Positions 1 to 12,800 of a DNA stretch of 64,000 bases are shown piece by piece. Each line of letters begins with the position of its first letter. The stretch's first letter is position 1. The DNA comes from Eledone cirrhosa. Lineage: Eukaryota. A program made the translations under genes and the position numbers. Under the pieces are notes generated by a model that had not been told where the DNA came from, made no database searches, and saw nothing but the letters and a program-made list of their open reading frames with translations. Location: NCBI GenBank assembly GCA_964016885.1, contig OZ024747.1, positions 64,170,001 through 64,234,000 on the forward strand, read 5' to 3'.

Positions 1-193
1 GGAGACTGGCCTGCCTATTGTCAAAATTGTTTGAAAATTATAGGTAGTCGTTCATTAAAAATATAACGAAAAGTTTGGCCAGGTGAAATATTTGTTGTTA
101 CAAAAAGTAGCAACCTAACATCCTGTTTCTATTTCTATAAGTTTGTATGTGGTAGTATCTTCACCTGAAGTGATCATACTATTATTGCATATA

Positions 194-378
194 GGGCGGT
201 GGTTTGGCAGTATCGGTAGAGCGTCAGACACCATGCTTTACATCATATTTATGGCCATTTGCGTTCTGAGTTCAAATGCGCCGAGGTTTACTTTGCTTTT
301 CATCCTTATCTGTTGATAAAATAAAACACCAGTAATGCACTGAGGTAATCGCTAGCCTTGCGCCAAAAGTAGAAACAC
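194..378 (+). mobile_element. tRNA-derived SINE, family S1 (full length)
   Basis: A box TGGCAGTATCGG, B box GAGTTCAAAT, central GCTTTTCATCCTT..GATAAAATAAA block, tail GCCAAAAGTAGAAAC. Near-perfect 16 bp TSD ctatt(a/t)ttgcatatag at 179-194 and 378-393. Confidence 0.85.
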
Positions 379-581
379 TATTTTTGCATATAGAGAATAA
401 ACGTACCGAAGGTATGGTAGCAGTTTGTTTCGTATACCGTGTGTGGAAATTGTTTCTATGTATTCAGAAGAGGGGTTGGTGGGCCAGTAAGCATGGCCAT
501 ACTATATCGGGGACCCTAATTCAGTCTATTTTTATTATATTTGTCTGCTAATTTCAAGTGTATAAATGTGCGCTAAATTTA

Positions 582-742
582 CATCACGCTTCACGCTTGC
601 CTTTTTATCTTTCATCATGCAGCCACCACCAAATGTAGATCAGAAATTATTTTTTTCAGGTCATTTACTTATATCTATAGTGGCAAGATTCTCCGAAGAA
701 ATAGATCAAGGAAAACTAACGGTCCATATAAAGTAGAGCGCC

Positions 743-745
<3 letters not shown>
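582..745 (+). repeat. Family A interspersed repeat ending at a (TA)n array
   Basis: Shares acatcacgcttgcctttttatctttcatc..caccaccaaatgtagatcagaaatt and ccgaagaaatagatcaaggaaaa with 11830-12011, 12535-12800 (-) and 15860-16075. Confidence 0.7.
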
Positions 746-815
<70 letters not shown>

Positions 816-821
816 TTATTA

Positions 822-1165
822 ATTTATTAAAATAACAGATTAAAGTTTAAGCAAAGAATCGCTGCTTTCACCCTTAACGGGATCTTCTGAAACTAACAAA
901 GTCAATCTGTAAACGCAGAACTGGATATTTCAAAAAACGTTGCAACCGGAGGAAGACAGGAAGACGATACTTTGGTTCGTGGAAACGTTCGCTGGCAAAG
1001 AACGGGAAAAAACGAATAATACGTCATTAATAGGAGCGGTTTCTTTGCTTAAACTTTAATCTGTTATTTTAATAAATATTTGCTCTACGGTTCTTATATA
1101 TTTGATATATATTTATCCTTATCGAGCCCTCTTTGGATTTTAGTCTTCAATTTTATTATTATTAC
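822..1165. mobile_element. TA-flanked inverted-repeat element (37 bp IR, tail on the right)
   Basis: Perfect IR 822-858 / 1041-1077. Tail hairpin GCTC..GAGCCCT at 1082-1130. The spacer is similar to 37270-37365. Flanked by (TA)n on both sides. Confidence 0.7.
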
Positions 1166-1227
1166 TATATATATATATATATATATACACCATACAAAAG
1201 ATTGTGTTTAGCAAACATTAATTACTC

Positions 1228-1534
1228 ATCCCGCCGAGGTTGACTTTGCCTTTCATCCTTACGGGGTCGATAAAATAAAGTACCAGTAATGCACTGAGTA
1301 ATTGCTGGCCTTGTGCCTAAAGTAGAAACAATTAATTACTCAATGAAGGGCGGTGGATTGGCAGTATCGGTAGAGGGTCGGACGCCATGCTTTCCAGCAT
1401 AGTTACGTCCCTTTACGATCTGAGTTCAAATCCCACCGAGGTTGACTTTGCCTTTCATCCTTACGGGGTCAATAAAATAAAGTACCAGTAATGCACTGGG
1501 TAATTGCTGGCCTTGTGCCTAAAGTAGAAACAAT
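1228..1534 (+). mobile_element. Two tandem SINE S1 copies (5'-truncated 1228-1333; full 1348-1534)
   Basis: S1 consensus. TSD attaattact(c/t)aatgaa around the second copy. Confidence 0.85.
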
Positions 1535-1990
1535 TAATTACTTAATGAATAGTTTAAAGTGAGTCCTACATTTCATACCCAGGCTTATCCTTTACATCAG
1601 GTATGGAATTATTGTTAACTTGTTGGTGAGGAAAATATTACATTTGGCTCTGGGTTTATTACTAGGGGTTTACGGGTCTATATTTGAAATATAGCATCAG
1701 CCTCTTGGGTATTGCATGGATATATTACCAGTCTTGTCCTACATTATACACCTGGCGGGGGATCATTACTAGTTTTTGTGCTTATATTTCACATTACCCT
1801 TGAGCTATCACCAGATATGGTGGGCGTGGTCTACATTTTGCATCTGACCAAGACATATTTTCAGATATGGTCTGCACGGCCATGTACGTGTCGAACTAAA
1901 CGCTGAATAAATCGGCTAAAATGTTTCTTGTAAGCTTTTCCCATAAGACACAAGCATATTGCAAGCATTCAACTAAGTGTTACTAACTAA

Positions 1991-2354
1991 TAATTGTTTC
2001 TACTTTTAGCACAAGGCCAGCAATTACCCAGTGTATTACTGGTACTTTATTTTATCGACCCCGTAAGGACGAAAGGCAAAGTTAACCTCGGCGGGATTTG
2101 AACTCAGATCGTAAAGAGACGTAACTACGCTGGGAAGCATGTCTGACCCTCTACCAATACTGCTAATTCACTAATAATTGTTTCTACTTTTGGCACAAGG
2201 CCAGCATTTATCCCAGTGTATTACTGGTACTTTATTTTATCGACCCCTTAAGGATGAAAGGCAAAGTTAACCTCGGCGGGTTTTGAACTCAGTCCGTAAA
2301 GGGACGTAACTGCCTGCAAAGCATGGGGTCCGACCCTCTTCCGATACTGCCAAT
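1991..2354 (-). mobile_element. Two tandem SINE S1 copies
   Basis: Reverse complement of S1, twice (aattgtttctacttt..gcacaaggccagc..gaaaggcaaagttaacctcggcggg..ccctct..atactgc). Confidence 0.85.
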
Positions 2355-3194
2355 AATTGCCATTGAAATGTATTGATTTCTTACTCACCATTAAGTTCGC
2401 GTTTTTAAATATATTAACACTAACATAAACTGTTAAATTTGAATCCACTTCGATGACTCCAAATATATGAGGAATATGCCGTATCATTATCTTAACAGAC
2501 ATTGTAATCACAAAATGTATTGTCATTGAGAAAATAGAAGCATTAAATTAAAATACTATAAAATATTAAAACTTGAAATTCGTAAATAGATTATAAGATC
2601 TTCAAACATGTGATGTGACTAATGAAATAAATAACCAAAAATTATATGAATATATATAACATTTCAGCAATTCTGAAGGAAATGAAAAGTCATGCATCGG
2701 AGATATTCAGGTATATTCTAGATAAATAAAAAATGAATTAAAGGACTAATATAACAGAAGAAAAGATGATATTTTCTGCTTTTTACTTGAGGCCATTATT
2801 CCGAGAATGAATAGAAAGAATACATAATGTTAGCAGAAACAATGGCAAGAGAGAAAACGAGTAACTCCTCCAAGAATAGCAGCCGGAATAACAACTAGAA
2901 ACAGCTACACGATTTGCAAGAACTGACTAGAACAACACTAAAACATGCTTTTAAATATACACGCAATAGTGGAATATATATTAAAAATATACATGCTCAT
3001 ATACTCATATATATTAATTAAAATATACATGCTCATATGCACATATATACAATATGTGTATGAACATACATTTAGTCTCGCTGTGAGTATTTTAAGCTGT
3101 GATCACATCATAACGTTCTCCGCATCGGTAAAAGAGAGTTAGGTGCATGTATTTTACTGTCATTACAGTTGTCAAAACATCGATGTAAGCTGAC

Positions 3195-3600
3195 GGCGGT
3201 GGATTGGCAGTATCGGTAGAGGGTCGGACGCCATGCTTTGACGCATAGAGTTACGTCCCTTGCCATTCTGAGTTCAAATCCCGCCAAGGTTAACTTTGCC
3301 TTTCATCCTCATGGGGTCGATGAAATAAAGTACCAGTAATGCACTGGGTAATTGCTGGCCTTGTGCCAAAAGTAGAAACAATTAATGAATATTAATATAT
3401 AATTAATTAAGGGCGGTGAATTGGTAGCATCGGTAGAGAGTCGGACGCCATGCTTTGACGTATGGAGTTACGGCCCTTGCCATTCTGAGTTCAAATACCG
3501 CCGAGGTTAACTTTGCCTTTCATCCTTACGGGGTCGATAAAATAAAGTACCAGTAATACACTGGTGAATTGCTGGTCTTGTGCCAAAAGTAGAAACAATT
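3195..3600 (+). mobile_element. Two tandem full-length SINE S1 copies
   Basis: A/B boxes and S1 tail in both. Each is followed by aatgaatattaatatat. Confidence 0.85.
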
Positions 3601-3719
3601 AATGAATATTAATATATTGTGTATATACTGCATATAAAGACCATAATTTAGCGTGTGTTTAATGTGTTTATTACACAAACCCCAACACAAGCATATACAT
3701 ACTATATATATGTAGCTAG

Positions 3720-3875
3720 CTAGACAGATAGACTCTGGTGTGCTGAGACTGAGGGGACCACTAACCAGGGGATTACTCATTGCATGGGGAGATATAGAGT
3801 AGGTATAGAGATATGTAAGGACCCGACCGCGGCGCCAAGGTCCGGATTTTTACATCCGTCTATTGTGCCTGTCTG
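3720..3875. mobile_element. Diverged family C fold-back element
   Basis: gaggggacca..ttactc..agagtagg..gacccgacc resembles 17008-17075 and 57180-57265. Imperfect fold-back atgtaagga.cccgacc / ggtccgga.tttttacat. A related remnant lies at 4155-4205. Confidence 0.45.
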
Positions 3876-3900
3876 TATATTTATATATATATATATATAT

Positions 3901-4133
3901 AAATGAAGTAATTCCGTCGGAAAAGTCCAGGAAAAAAGAGTGCTCTATGTAGGTAACAGAGCTTAATAGTTATGTAATAAACAACATAAGGCAATTATTC
4001 CATTTGATGAAAAAATCCTGGTCTGTTTTAAACAGACCAGGATTTTTTCATTCTGAGGATTGAAAGCAAAATCTTTTGCTTTTAAGAAACCACTGGTAAA
4101 TGGAATAATTGCCTTATGTTGTTTATTACATAA
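3901..4133. mobile_element. TA-flanked fold-back element with hammerhead ribozyme (related to 55033-55328)
   Basis: IR 3970-4005 / 4098-4133, perfect 22 bp central hairpin 4007-4051, tail hairpin AGTGCTC..GAGC at 3939-3962. Confidence 0.8.
4046..4105 (+). ncRNA. Type I hammerhead ribozyme motif (intact core)
   Basis: Stem I tttcatt/aatggaa; CTGAGGA 4053-4059; stem II ttgaaagcaaaa/ttttgcttttaa; GAAA 4086-4089; stem III ACCA-c-TGGT; predicted cleavage after GUA at 4098. Confidence 0.8.
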
Positions 4134-4954
4134 ATAAATATATATATATATATGAGAAGAGTCAGGACCCCAACGGTTGAGCTCCGGCCGTTTCGACAGC
4201 TAGATCGGAACTCATTTTATATATAAATATATATATGTATAAAATGATCAAAGAGCCAAAAAATTGGGTAAAAGAATTACAATTTGTTTTGTTCAGATGT
4301 TTCAATTCAAAGATACTATCATAAAAAATATGAGATCTGTTTTGTTTTGGCCAACGGTCGAAGTTTGAAAAAGCATAAACTTAACCTAGAAATGTAAAGA
4401 AATCAGAAAAAAGAGTGAGCGAAGAGGATGTAACGAAGCGAGGGAAGAAAAGAGGAAGAAAATTGAAATATTCGAAGATAAAAACAAAATAAAAACAAGT
4501 AATGAAAAAGAGGAATAATCCCACTCCCATGATAAAATAACCTAGAAGAATAAGGAAGTTAGAAAAACGAGTGAGCATGGAGCATGTAACCGGGGGAGGT
4601 GTGTATGGGAAGAAATAATAATAAGAAAATTGAAATACTGCGGAAAATAAAACTAAAAGAAAAGCAAGCAAATGAAAGGAAGACACCACCTCTCTGCAGA
4701 TGGTTTTAGTTTGTAGTTGTTCGATAGATCAAGGAATTTCGTGACTTCCATAGACATATATTGATATCACAGATATTCTCCATCAATATCAGTTACATCC
4801 CTGCAAAGTTCACTGATCGGCTTTCCATTACCTTAGCGCTGTTCTTTAGATGTTGTCCTTACTACTTTCTATTTTTTGATGAACTTAGTTATTTCCCCCC
4901 GCTCTCTAGTGTGTTGCTATGCACTGCTAAGCAACCCCTTCATCTTCATCTTCA

Positions 4955-5000
4955 TCTCTCTCTCTCTTATATATATATATATATATATTCCTCTCTCTTT

Positions 5001-5087
<87 letters not shown>

Positions 5088-5107
5088 GGGAGAGAGAGGG
5101 AGAGAGA
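4955..5107. repeat. Compound microsatellite (CT)(TA)(GATA)(GA)
   Basis: Direct reading. Confidence 0.95.
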
Positions 5108-5803
5108 CTGCCTTTTCCACCATTCCACCATTTTACCATTCTATTCATAATACCTCGCTCCACCATCCAACTATTTCCCAACCACTGTATTTATTGCCTT
5201 TACAGTCTTGCTGTATTGCATAAATCAACAGTACCAATTTAACGTCTCCATCACCGACGGATTGCCTCCCCTTTGTAAGTCCCATAAGTATTCATATCAA
5301 TTACTAGTGCAAAATCAAGCGTAGTATTTTTACAGCACCAGTCATTCCATCAGACAACTTCCGAAAAGAGAGAAAGGCATCATGTTTGTTTGTTTGGTTT
5401 GTTTTTTGTTTTGAATGGTTTCTTTATAAATCCTATCATTCCCTCTAGATTTCAAACATATTTCATTTTGAAAGTTGTTGCTGTTTTAAAAATGTATTTT
5501 GGAAAAGAAAAAAAGTTTTAGTCTCAACAACTGGCACATTTAAGCAAGCCGCTCGCTCTATACACCACCTTTCTCCTTCATCATCCATCATGATTTGCTG
5601 ACATTGTATTCGTTCCTTTTCTTCTATTTCTGCTACATTTTTCATCTTCCAATCTTCCTTTTCTGATTTTTCCATTCAACATTTTCCTGCTTTTCTTCCA
5701 AATTCTTTCTTCTTACATATTCGTAGACAGGCATCATAATCCAGGCACAAAATGACTAACGCTTCTCACTCTCTCTCCGTCTCTCTCTCTGTCTGTCTGT
5801 CTC

Positions 5804-5860
<57 letters not shown>

Positions 5861-6583
5861 ATATATATATATATATATATAATATACTTCAATAATTTCG
5901 TAGATCAATTCACTTCGAAAATAAATCAATTTCGAATTTTCACATTTCTCCTCTAATGAGCAAAGAAATTAAATTTTCTGTGAAATTAATATTTAATTTC
6001 TTTAAATTACTTCTTATTTCGTAAAAGAACTGGTCATAATTGTAAAATTTCAATACATTGAAAATATTCTTGAATCCATCACGTTTGACTAACACTAAAT
6101 GTGCTGAAAATGATGTAGATGAGTTACTTACACAACAATAAGTTTTGAGATAATTTGAAATAAAGGCTACAAAAGAAAATACAATGTTTTATCTACGGAT
6201 AAGTAAAACTGGTTGTCTAAACACTTTACTTACAATGAGCGGTGAGGATACAAAATCTTAATCCTCAGCTGATATATCACATAAGGACTAATACTACAAA
6301 TGTTTATGACCGTGAAAAACTGTCTGACGAGGACGTACCTGAGGACCACATAACATATACCATTAGAATGCGCATATTAGTGCTTACATAATAAATAGAA
6401 TGTGATGAAATCCTAACATACTACGTTCTACTTCGTTACTATACCAACACGCCGACCTACATACATGTGATAATACCATAATAGTGAAGCGATATAATTT
6501 CGAGTGGTCAATCCTCCACACAGAAGTGTTTATTGATCAATACATGAAAGCTAATAGCGATCTAATTAATACGAACCTACCAT

Positions 6584-6623
<40 letters not shown>

Positions 6624-6711
6624 CGTGTGTGTGTGTGTGTGCGTGCGAGTAACCACAGTAAGTAGGGTACTCAATATATTAGTAGAGTGTAAATATCAAA
6701 TTTAATACACA

Positions 6712-6773
6712 AATGGCTTCTACAGCACTAGAACTGTTTCATTCAAAAGAAATCAAATCACCAGGAAGACATT
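6712..6773 (-). ncRNA. Type I hammerhead motif with one core change (CUGGUGA)
   Basis: Minus strand aatgtcttc CTGGTGA tttgatttcttttgaat GAAA CAG-ttctagtg-CTG TA gaagccatt. Followed by the tail hairpin (6664-6688) and a (TG)/(TA) array. Confidence 0.65.
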
Positions 6774-6799
6774 AGTTGATATAAACTGTGATTGAGAAA

Positions 6800-7585
6800 C
6801 GTGAGGCTGCCTGCGAGACGTGGAACCGGCTTGGACTTAGCTCCTTTTCCCCCTCAGAATATTTGGGATGCCATCCAGTACAATCTGACCTCAGATAGGC
6901 TAGCGCACCAGCTCGACCATCACAACCTTGGATGTTTTCGTGCGGCCTTGCAACCCCATATGTCTTACCCACCTTCTCTACTGGTACGCAGCTTGCAAGT
7001 GATAGCCTGCGCATCAGGATTTCCCTGAGGCCTGGCCTCTGGATCTGCAAGCCACACACATGTCGCTGCGGTTCCACTGTGCACACTTTCAGCCTCCACC
7101 CGCTTTCTTGTCGCTACAGTGGCGGCCACCTTCCACGCCATGCTGCCCTCAACGAGATCATAAAGCATGGCTTGGATGCTGCAGGCTTCCCTTCCCATCT
7201 CGAGCCTGTGGGGCTGAACCGAGTGGACGGCAAATGACCAGACAGCATGACTATCTTCCGCTACCACGGTAGTAAAACCCTCATATGGGATGCCACTTGC
7301 AGCGACACATTCTCCAGCGGCAACTTGGTGCAGTCTGCGACTCACCCATGTTTTGCTGCACTTCTCCAAGAATCGGTCACTCTCCGATAGGTTTGCAGTC
7401 GAGCCCCTAGCAGTGGAGACGTCTGGTGTCCTTGGCCCTAGATCTAGCTCCATACGTACCTGAGCTGGTTAGCCGCAGGTGTGAACCTCGCGAGATGGAA
7501 TGGTTCTTCCAGCGCATCTCCCTTACCATCCTCCGCGGAAACGCCTTCTCCATTCTGTCCACCGCAGCCGTTGGGCGGCCAGCAA
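6800..7585 (+). pseudogene. 5'-truncated CRE-like non-LTR retrotransposon: zinc knuckle + restriction-like endonuclease (stops/frameshifts)
   Basis: CRCGS..HPLSC..PRHAALNEII..EPVGLNRVDGK*PD..WDATC..AVETSGVLGP..FQRISLTILRGNA, which are typical CCHC/RH/PD-(D/E) and C-terminal motifs of CRE-clade elements. Confidence 0.8.
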
Positions 7586-10024
7586 GTGAGGCCCCATTTG
7601 CTAACAATAGAGATGGGGAGGTTGAGAGAGATGGAAGTGAAGAGAGTGGGAGATCGGCTCTTCTGTGTTCGGATCTGGTGTACAGCATCAGTTATCCGTA
7701 AGGAGGTAGTCATTCATCTACTATTCTAGAGTAGATATCTGTTTGGTTGCTGCTATGAAAAATTACGTCGTTTTGACGGCATTACACGTCTGGGCGTAAT
7801 TATGACGATATCGCATGGATTAAAGGCAGAAACGTATCCCTATGTGTTATTTGAAGGAGAGAAATGTAAAGAGGCGTGAACTACATTATTCAGATAAAAT
7901 GTCGCGCACAAAGGAGGAAAATATATTCCTTAATATTTTTATTCGTGATAAATATATAAAGCCAATAATTATGATGGATTGGCCTACAACGACTTAAAAT
8001 AGTCATTTTGTGCGGACCATACTAGTATGGTAGATCTTACAGTGAGATTAATGTTCAACAACTCACTTCTCTCGTCTATAAATTGAAGTTCTGTTACTGG
8101 ACTACAGAGCTGCGATGCATTACTGAAAATAGATTCTTCCGTTCTTCTTGAAGAATGTATTTGTGGCTTACTCTGAAATGAATTATACACTTTCATAATC
8201 TTATTGGTTTCAAGGGCGTTGGATTGACAGTAGAGCGTCGGACAATATGATCTGTGGCCATTTACGCCCAAATCGTTACGGCCATTTACGCTCAAATCCT
8301 ACCGGATCATTTGTAGAAGGTTGCTTCTAACAGGACCCGCTTGAAGGACTCTGCCTCCACGACCCTCTCGGGAATAAGTAGGCGAAGAAGAAGAGAAAAA
8401 AAAAAGAAAATCACTTATTTTAGTGACTCCGCAGTGATGATTGTAATGGTAATGAGGATGACAATGATAATTATAAAAATGATGACGACGACGTTTGTGA
8501 TGACAAATTCAACAAAATAATGACGATGATAACGACAACGATGATGATGTTTTCGACGAAGATAGTAACAACAACAACAACAACAACAACAACATCGAAG
8601 ATAATAAAGGTGATGATCATAGTAAACGAGAATATTGTGTTTCCTTAATATATATATAATTTCTTTCCTTTTTTCTTTTTGTGGAAAGACGCTAACATGA
8701 AATAGAAAATTCTTTCAAAACTGAGTAAAATGATATGGAAAGATATCAGAAGTTTCATTATATAATTTGTTGTTCTTACCCGTTAGAAACAAACAGCAGA
8801 TAATGAACGCTCTATGTATCCCTGGAGATAACTGTGACACAATAACTTGCATGACAGGCATGGTGAGATCAGCTACAAAGATAAGAAAAGACAAACATTC
8901 AATGTCATGCTTTGAAATTGAAAATTTGATATTTCACGCAAAGGAAATTCCTCTTCAAGAATCTTGACAACATATTGTGCCTTTATATAACATATATATA
9001 CCAAAGGATTGCTGGCCGATGAGAATTTCCGTGTCCAGATTTTGCTACTTATGGATTTATTATTAATCGATGGCCAGTGGATTCTCTACAGCATTTGAAA
9101 CAGTACTGTACCAGCTTAGACGTGAATTGTGGTTCTCTGGAGAATGTTTGTGTGATAAACAAAGAAGATACTGGCTGTTTCAATTGATGGGATTGTCAGT
9201 AATTCAACGATAAATCTATCGATAAATTAATTACAGTTTTCCCAACTTAGACTTCTGGCTGGGAATATTGACTTACAATTATTCCTATGCATGTGCTTCA
9301 AATGAATTTGTTGAGCAAATTGTTAACAACGAGATCGAAATCAGCGGATACCAATCTAAACTCTTATTATATGTATGTGTGCGTGTGTGTATGTGTGTAT
9401 GTGCGTGTGTGTGTATGTATGTGTGTGTGTGCGTGTGCGTATGCGCGTGTGTGTATGCGCGTGTGTATGTGCGTGTGTGTATGCGAGTGTGTGTGCGTGT
9501 GTGTGCACATATGTATAAACATGCATATCCATGCACATCTATAGGCACTCATACACACCATATTTATATATAATGACTAAAGATGCGGTGCTGTTTATGA
9601 TATATCAATTTTATGGCGACAGATTGGCTGAACGTCTTGAACATCAGAACGATTGAGTGTATAGCAATATTTGGTTAACACAATTTACGTCATGAGTTCA
9701 ACTCTCATTGAGGTCGTGTTTTTAGCTTTTCATCTGTTCGAGTTCTGTAACTAAAGTGCCAGTAACATTATGGGATAGATTTAAATGTAAACGCGATGTA
9801 GGGGCCGGATTAAGCGGGTGAGTATATACATACACATATGTAAGTCTGTTCTTTTGAATTTCATTCTCAGTCCATCCGACCGGCCTCCAATCAGTTTTTG
9901 TGCCACCAATTTTACTCACTCGCTTGTAACGACCCGAGGTTATTGGGAATGATACTTGCTCACGAAGCCAGATTAAAGGATCGAACCTAGGTCATTATGA
10001 ATGCGAAGCTTTATGCGTCGGCCC

Positions 10025-10178
10025 GTTATGATCTGAGTTCAAATCCCGCCGAGGTTAACATTGCTTTTCATCCTTACGGGGTCTGTAAAATAAAATACCA
10101 GTCACGAACTGGGGTCGATTTAATCGACTTTCACCTCGTCACAAATTGTTGGCCTTATGCCTATATAAGAAACCATTA
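10025..10178 (+). mobile_element. SINE S1, long variant
   Basis: B box, central block, and an extra ggggtcgatttaatcgacttt segment before the tail. Confidence 0.75.
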
Positions 10179-11829
10179 TGAATGCGAAGCAAACTTCTTA
10201 ATTTTTGAGCCATGTTGTATCCAAATTATGTGTATGCCTTCATTTATTTAGATATCACCCGTAGATTTCTTATTGACGTCGTGACTATCATAGTAGTAAA
10301 TTGGGCAGTAGTGGTGATCGTGGACTTCTATAAACCATTAAGTTGTTGAAGCACCACTGAAGGACTCGTTCTTAATGTATATATCTTGAAAGGAAATCAG
10401 TCATGGTCTCACGTTGCGTCTTGTGGGGGAAACAATAACGGAATTTAACGAAGTGCTCATTAATTCTACATGTTTCCCACTTGTAGTAGTTTCCATTGAA
10501 GTAGATTTGCCTACTTTAAACATTAAGTGACTCAATCAAGCAATATAAAGAGCTGCTTAAGTTAATTGCATATGAACTATTGATACATTAATTGCCTTCA
10601 TCTACAGTCAATCATTTTTATATCATGGATTTCCATGACGGGATAACTTAAATGTTTATGCTGCAATTTCTACTTTAACATTTCAATTTTCTAACATCTA
10701 ATTGTTAACTAATTAATGATTTTTAGACACTCATCTATCATGGAATTTAAAGCAATTTAAAATAATGTGATAATTTCCCTACTCATAATTACATATATTT
10801 ACTTCGGGAACGCAAAATAAAAAGTCTTGAATTATGTCACCAGCGCTGCAATGGTTCTGTGCTATGTAGATAACATGTTACCATCCACTACAGTAAGTAA
10901 TGGTGAGCGTAATCGGCAACTGTTTATTTTACAGTTGGCTCTGAAGACTTAGAGTAATGCCCAGAATACGAGGACATTGGTGAATGCCTCTGTGTGCAGC
11001 AATCAGGGAATATCAATAATGTTGTCTTTCTTTACTCTCTGTTAACAATATTAATACTGAACAACTTGAGATCTTTCCCAGTTGTAAAACACAGAACTGT
11101 TTGCTTTATTATATTTATATTTATCTAAAACCATTCCACCATAATTTTGTATACAGGTATTTGTTATGTTCCCAACAGCAAATTAATGAGAAAAGCTAGC
11201 TAAAATTGTCAACTATTTTCAAATTTATATGAAAAATATTAGCAGAATCTTAGATAATAAAAAAGAGTAAAGAGCAATAACCCTAAATATTAGCCTTTCA
11301 CTCCACCATTCTACTGATATAAAGTCATGTAAGCCAACTTCAGCTTGAAACAGATTTTGCATATTGGACATATAGAGTATCATAAAACAATATAACAAAA
11401 ATATATAAAATATCAAAGAAGCACTATAGCCACTATCGCATCGGTTCCCAAATTAGTGTCTTACGACTTCTGGAATTCGACAACTGTTGTATCGGGGATC
11501 TGTAAACTAAATAGAAAATGTCAAGCGTTTTGCTAAAAGCAAAATATATGCGCTTTACGGAGAATTTATCTAGAAATATTTCCCTCATAAATATCACATA
11601 ACTACATTTTCCTAAATACTCTTATTTTAGTTTAGCAATTCTTTCGCTTCTTCTCATTTCAGAATCTTTCAATATATCTCTTGGAATCTTCACCCCATGC
11701 CTTACATTACCGTACGTTACTAACTTCTCTTGTCAAAGTCCCCTAAGTCACTTTACTAAATTTAAACAGTTATTTTCCTTTCGCTCAATACGTCTCTTTT
11801 TCTTCCTCGGTCTAACTCGCTTTTTAAGA

Positions 11830-12011
11830 CACTCACAAAAGCACACATATGTACACACAACTGTGAATTGCAAGAACAATCATGACAATCTTTCTATACC
11901 TTCACACAAACCGTTGAGTAATCCAAGAAACAGTATATATATAGTGGAAAGATTTATCCGAAGAAATAGATCAAAGAAAAGAAATGGTCTATGAAATGTA
12001 CAGCGCCAGCG
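11830..12011 (+). repeat. Family A repeat, diverged
   Basis: ccgaagaaatagatcaaagaaaagaaatggtc..tgtacagcgccagcg(TA)n end, as in the other A copies. Confidence 0.6.
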
Positions 12012-12038
12012 TATATATATATATATATATATATATAT

Positions 12039-12160
12039 GTAGGGGGTGAGTTTTATAGTAGAACAATAAAGCTATGCATATATCATATAAGTAGCACTCA
12101 ACAGTTGATAGAACTGGAGTACATATAAAAGAAATTAATTTTTTAACCATCTTTTAATTT

Positions 12161-12165
<5 letters not shown>
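12039..12165. mobile_element. Family B element, old and internally deleted
   Basis: (TA)n-GTAGGGGGTGAG left end, AGCACTC..GAGT hairpin 12093-12120, short IR aagaaattaa/ttaatttctt, right end ttttaaccatctttt..cttata-(TA)n. Confidence 0.7.
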
Positions 12166-12199
<34 letters not shown>

Positions 12200-12439
12200 T
12201 ACAAACTGTGCTAAGAGTACTACAATCGCTTGTTAGATTATAGTTTGGTGCACTTTTAAGCTACGGCCAGCGACACGAATCTCTAACATATCCTGAACAA
12301 GCAATCCCTGTACTATGAAGGTTTTCTTAAGTGGAGAAACGCCTTGCACGCGACCAATCCCATTCTCTGAGCATCTAGAACACTACCCGAAAAGGAGAAT
12401 GGGGTCACCATCCTCGGTTTTTTCAAAGTTTCCCTCTCC

Positions 12440-12472
<33 letters not shown>

Positions 12473-12473
<1 letters not shown>

Positions 12474-12503
12474 AAGAAACGGTATATATAATGTACAGCA
12501 CGC

Positions 12504-12535
<32 letters not shown>

Positions 12536-12800
12536 GCGTGCTGTACATTATATATACCGTTTCTTTTCCTTGATCTATTTCTTCGGAGAATCTTTCCAGT
12601 ATGAATATAAATAATTTCAGATCTACATTTGGTGGTGGGTACATGATGAAAGATAAAAAAAGCAAGGGTGATGCTGCTGTTAGAGTACACAGTTGTGTAT
12701 ATGGGTGTGTTTGTGTTTGGGTGGGTGGGGGTATAAAGGTGTAAAAAAGGCAGTCGTGATGGTGGTTGATACCGTACACATTTGTACTTGTATTTGTATT
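12473..12800 (-). repeat. Family A repeat with a perfect tail-to-tail palindrome centred on (TA)15
   Basis: aaagaaacggtatatataatgtacagcacgcg-(TA)n-cgcgtgctgtacattatatataccgtttcttt (12473-12566). The family A body continues to about 12800. Confidence 0.75.

Noticed and set aside
194-290. tRNA gene (A and B boxes)
   Set aside because: The boxes belong to multi-copy SINE heads with TSDs, and there is no cloverleaf.
859-890. Minus-strand CAGAAGA-tcccgttaaggg-tGAAA
   Set aside because: Core mutated and no stem I or III pairing. At most a decayed remnant, so not called as a ribozyme.
1228-3600. CRISPR-like or satellite array from recurring S1 sequence
   Set aside because: Units are 100-190 bp SINE copies in both orientations with TSDs. 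There is no regular repeat-spacer period and no cas genes.
12358-12403. cccattct-CTGAGCA..GAAA-agg-agaatggg
   Set aside because: Good outer helix, but the core is mutated and there is no stem III/UH. Treated as a plain hairpin.
12555-12600. Family A CCGAAGA..GAAACGGTA as a hammerhead (minus strand; also near 693 and 11958)
   Set aside because: Neither stem I nor stem II pairs convincingly.
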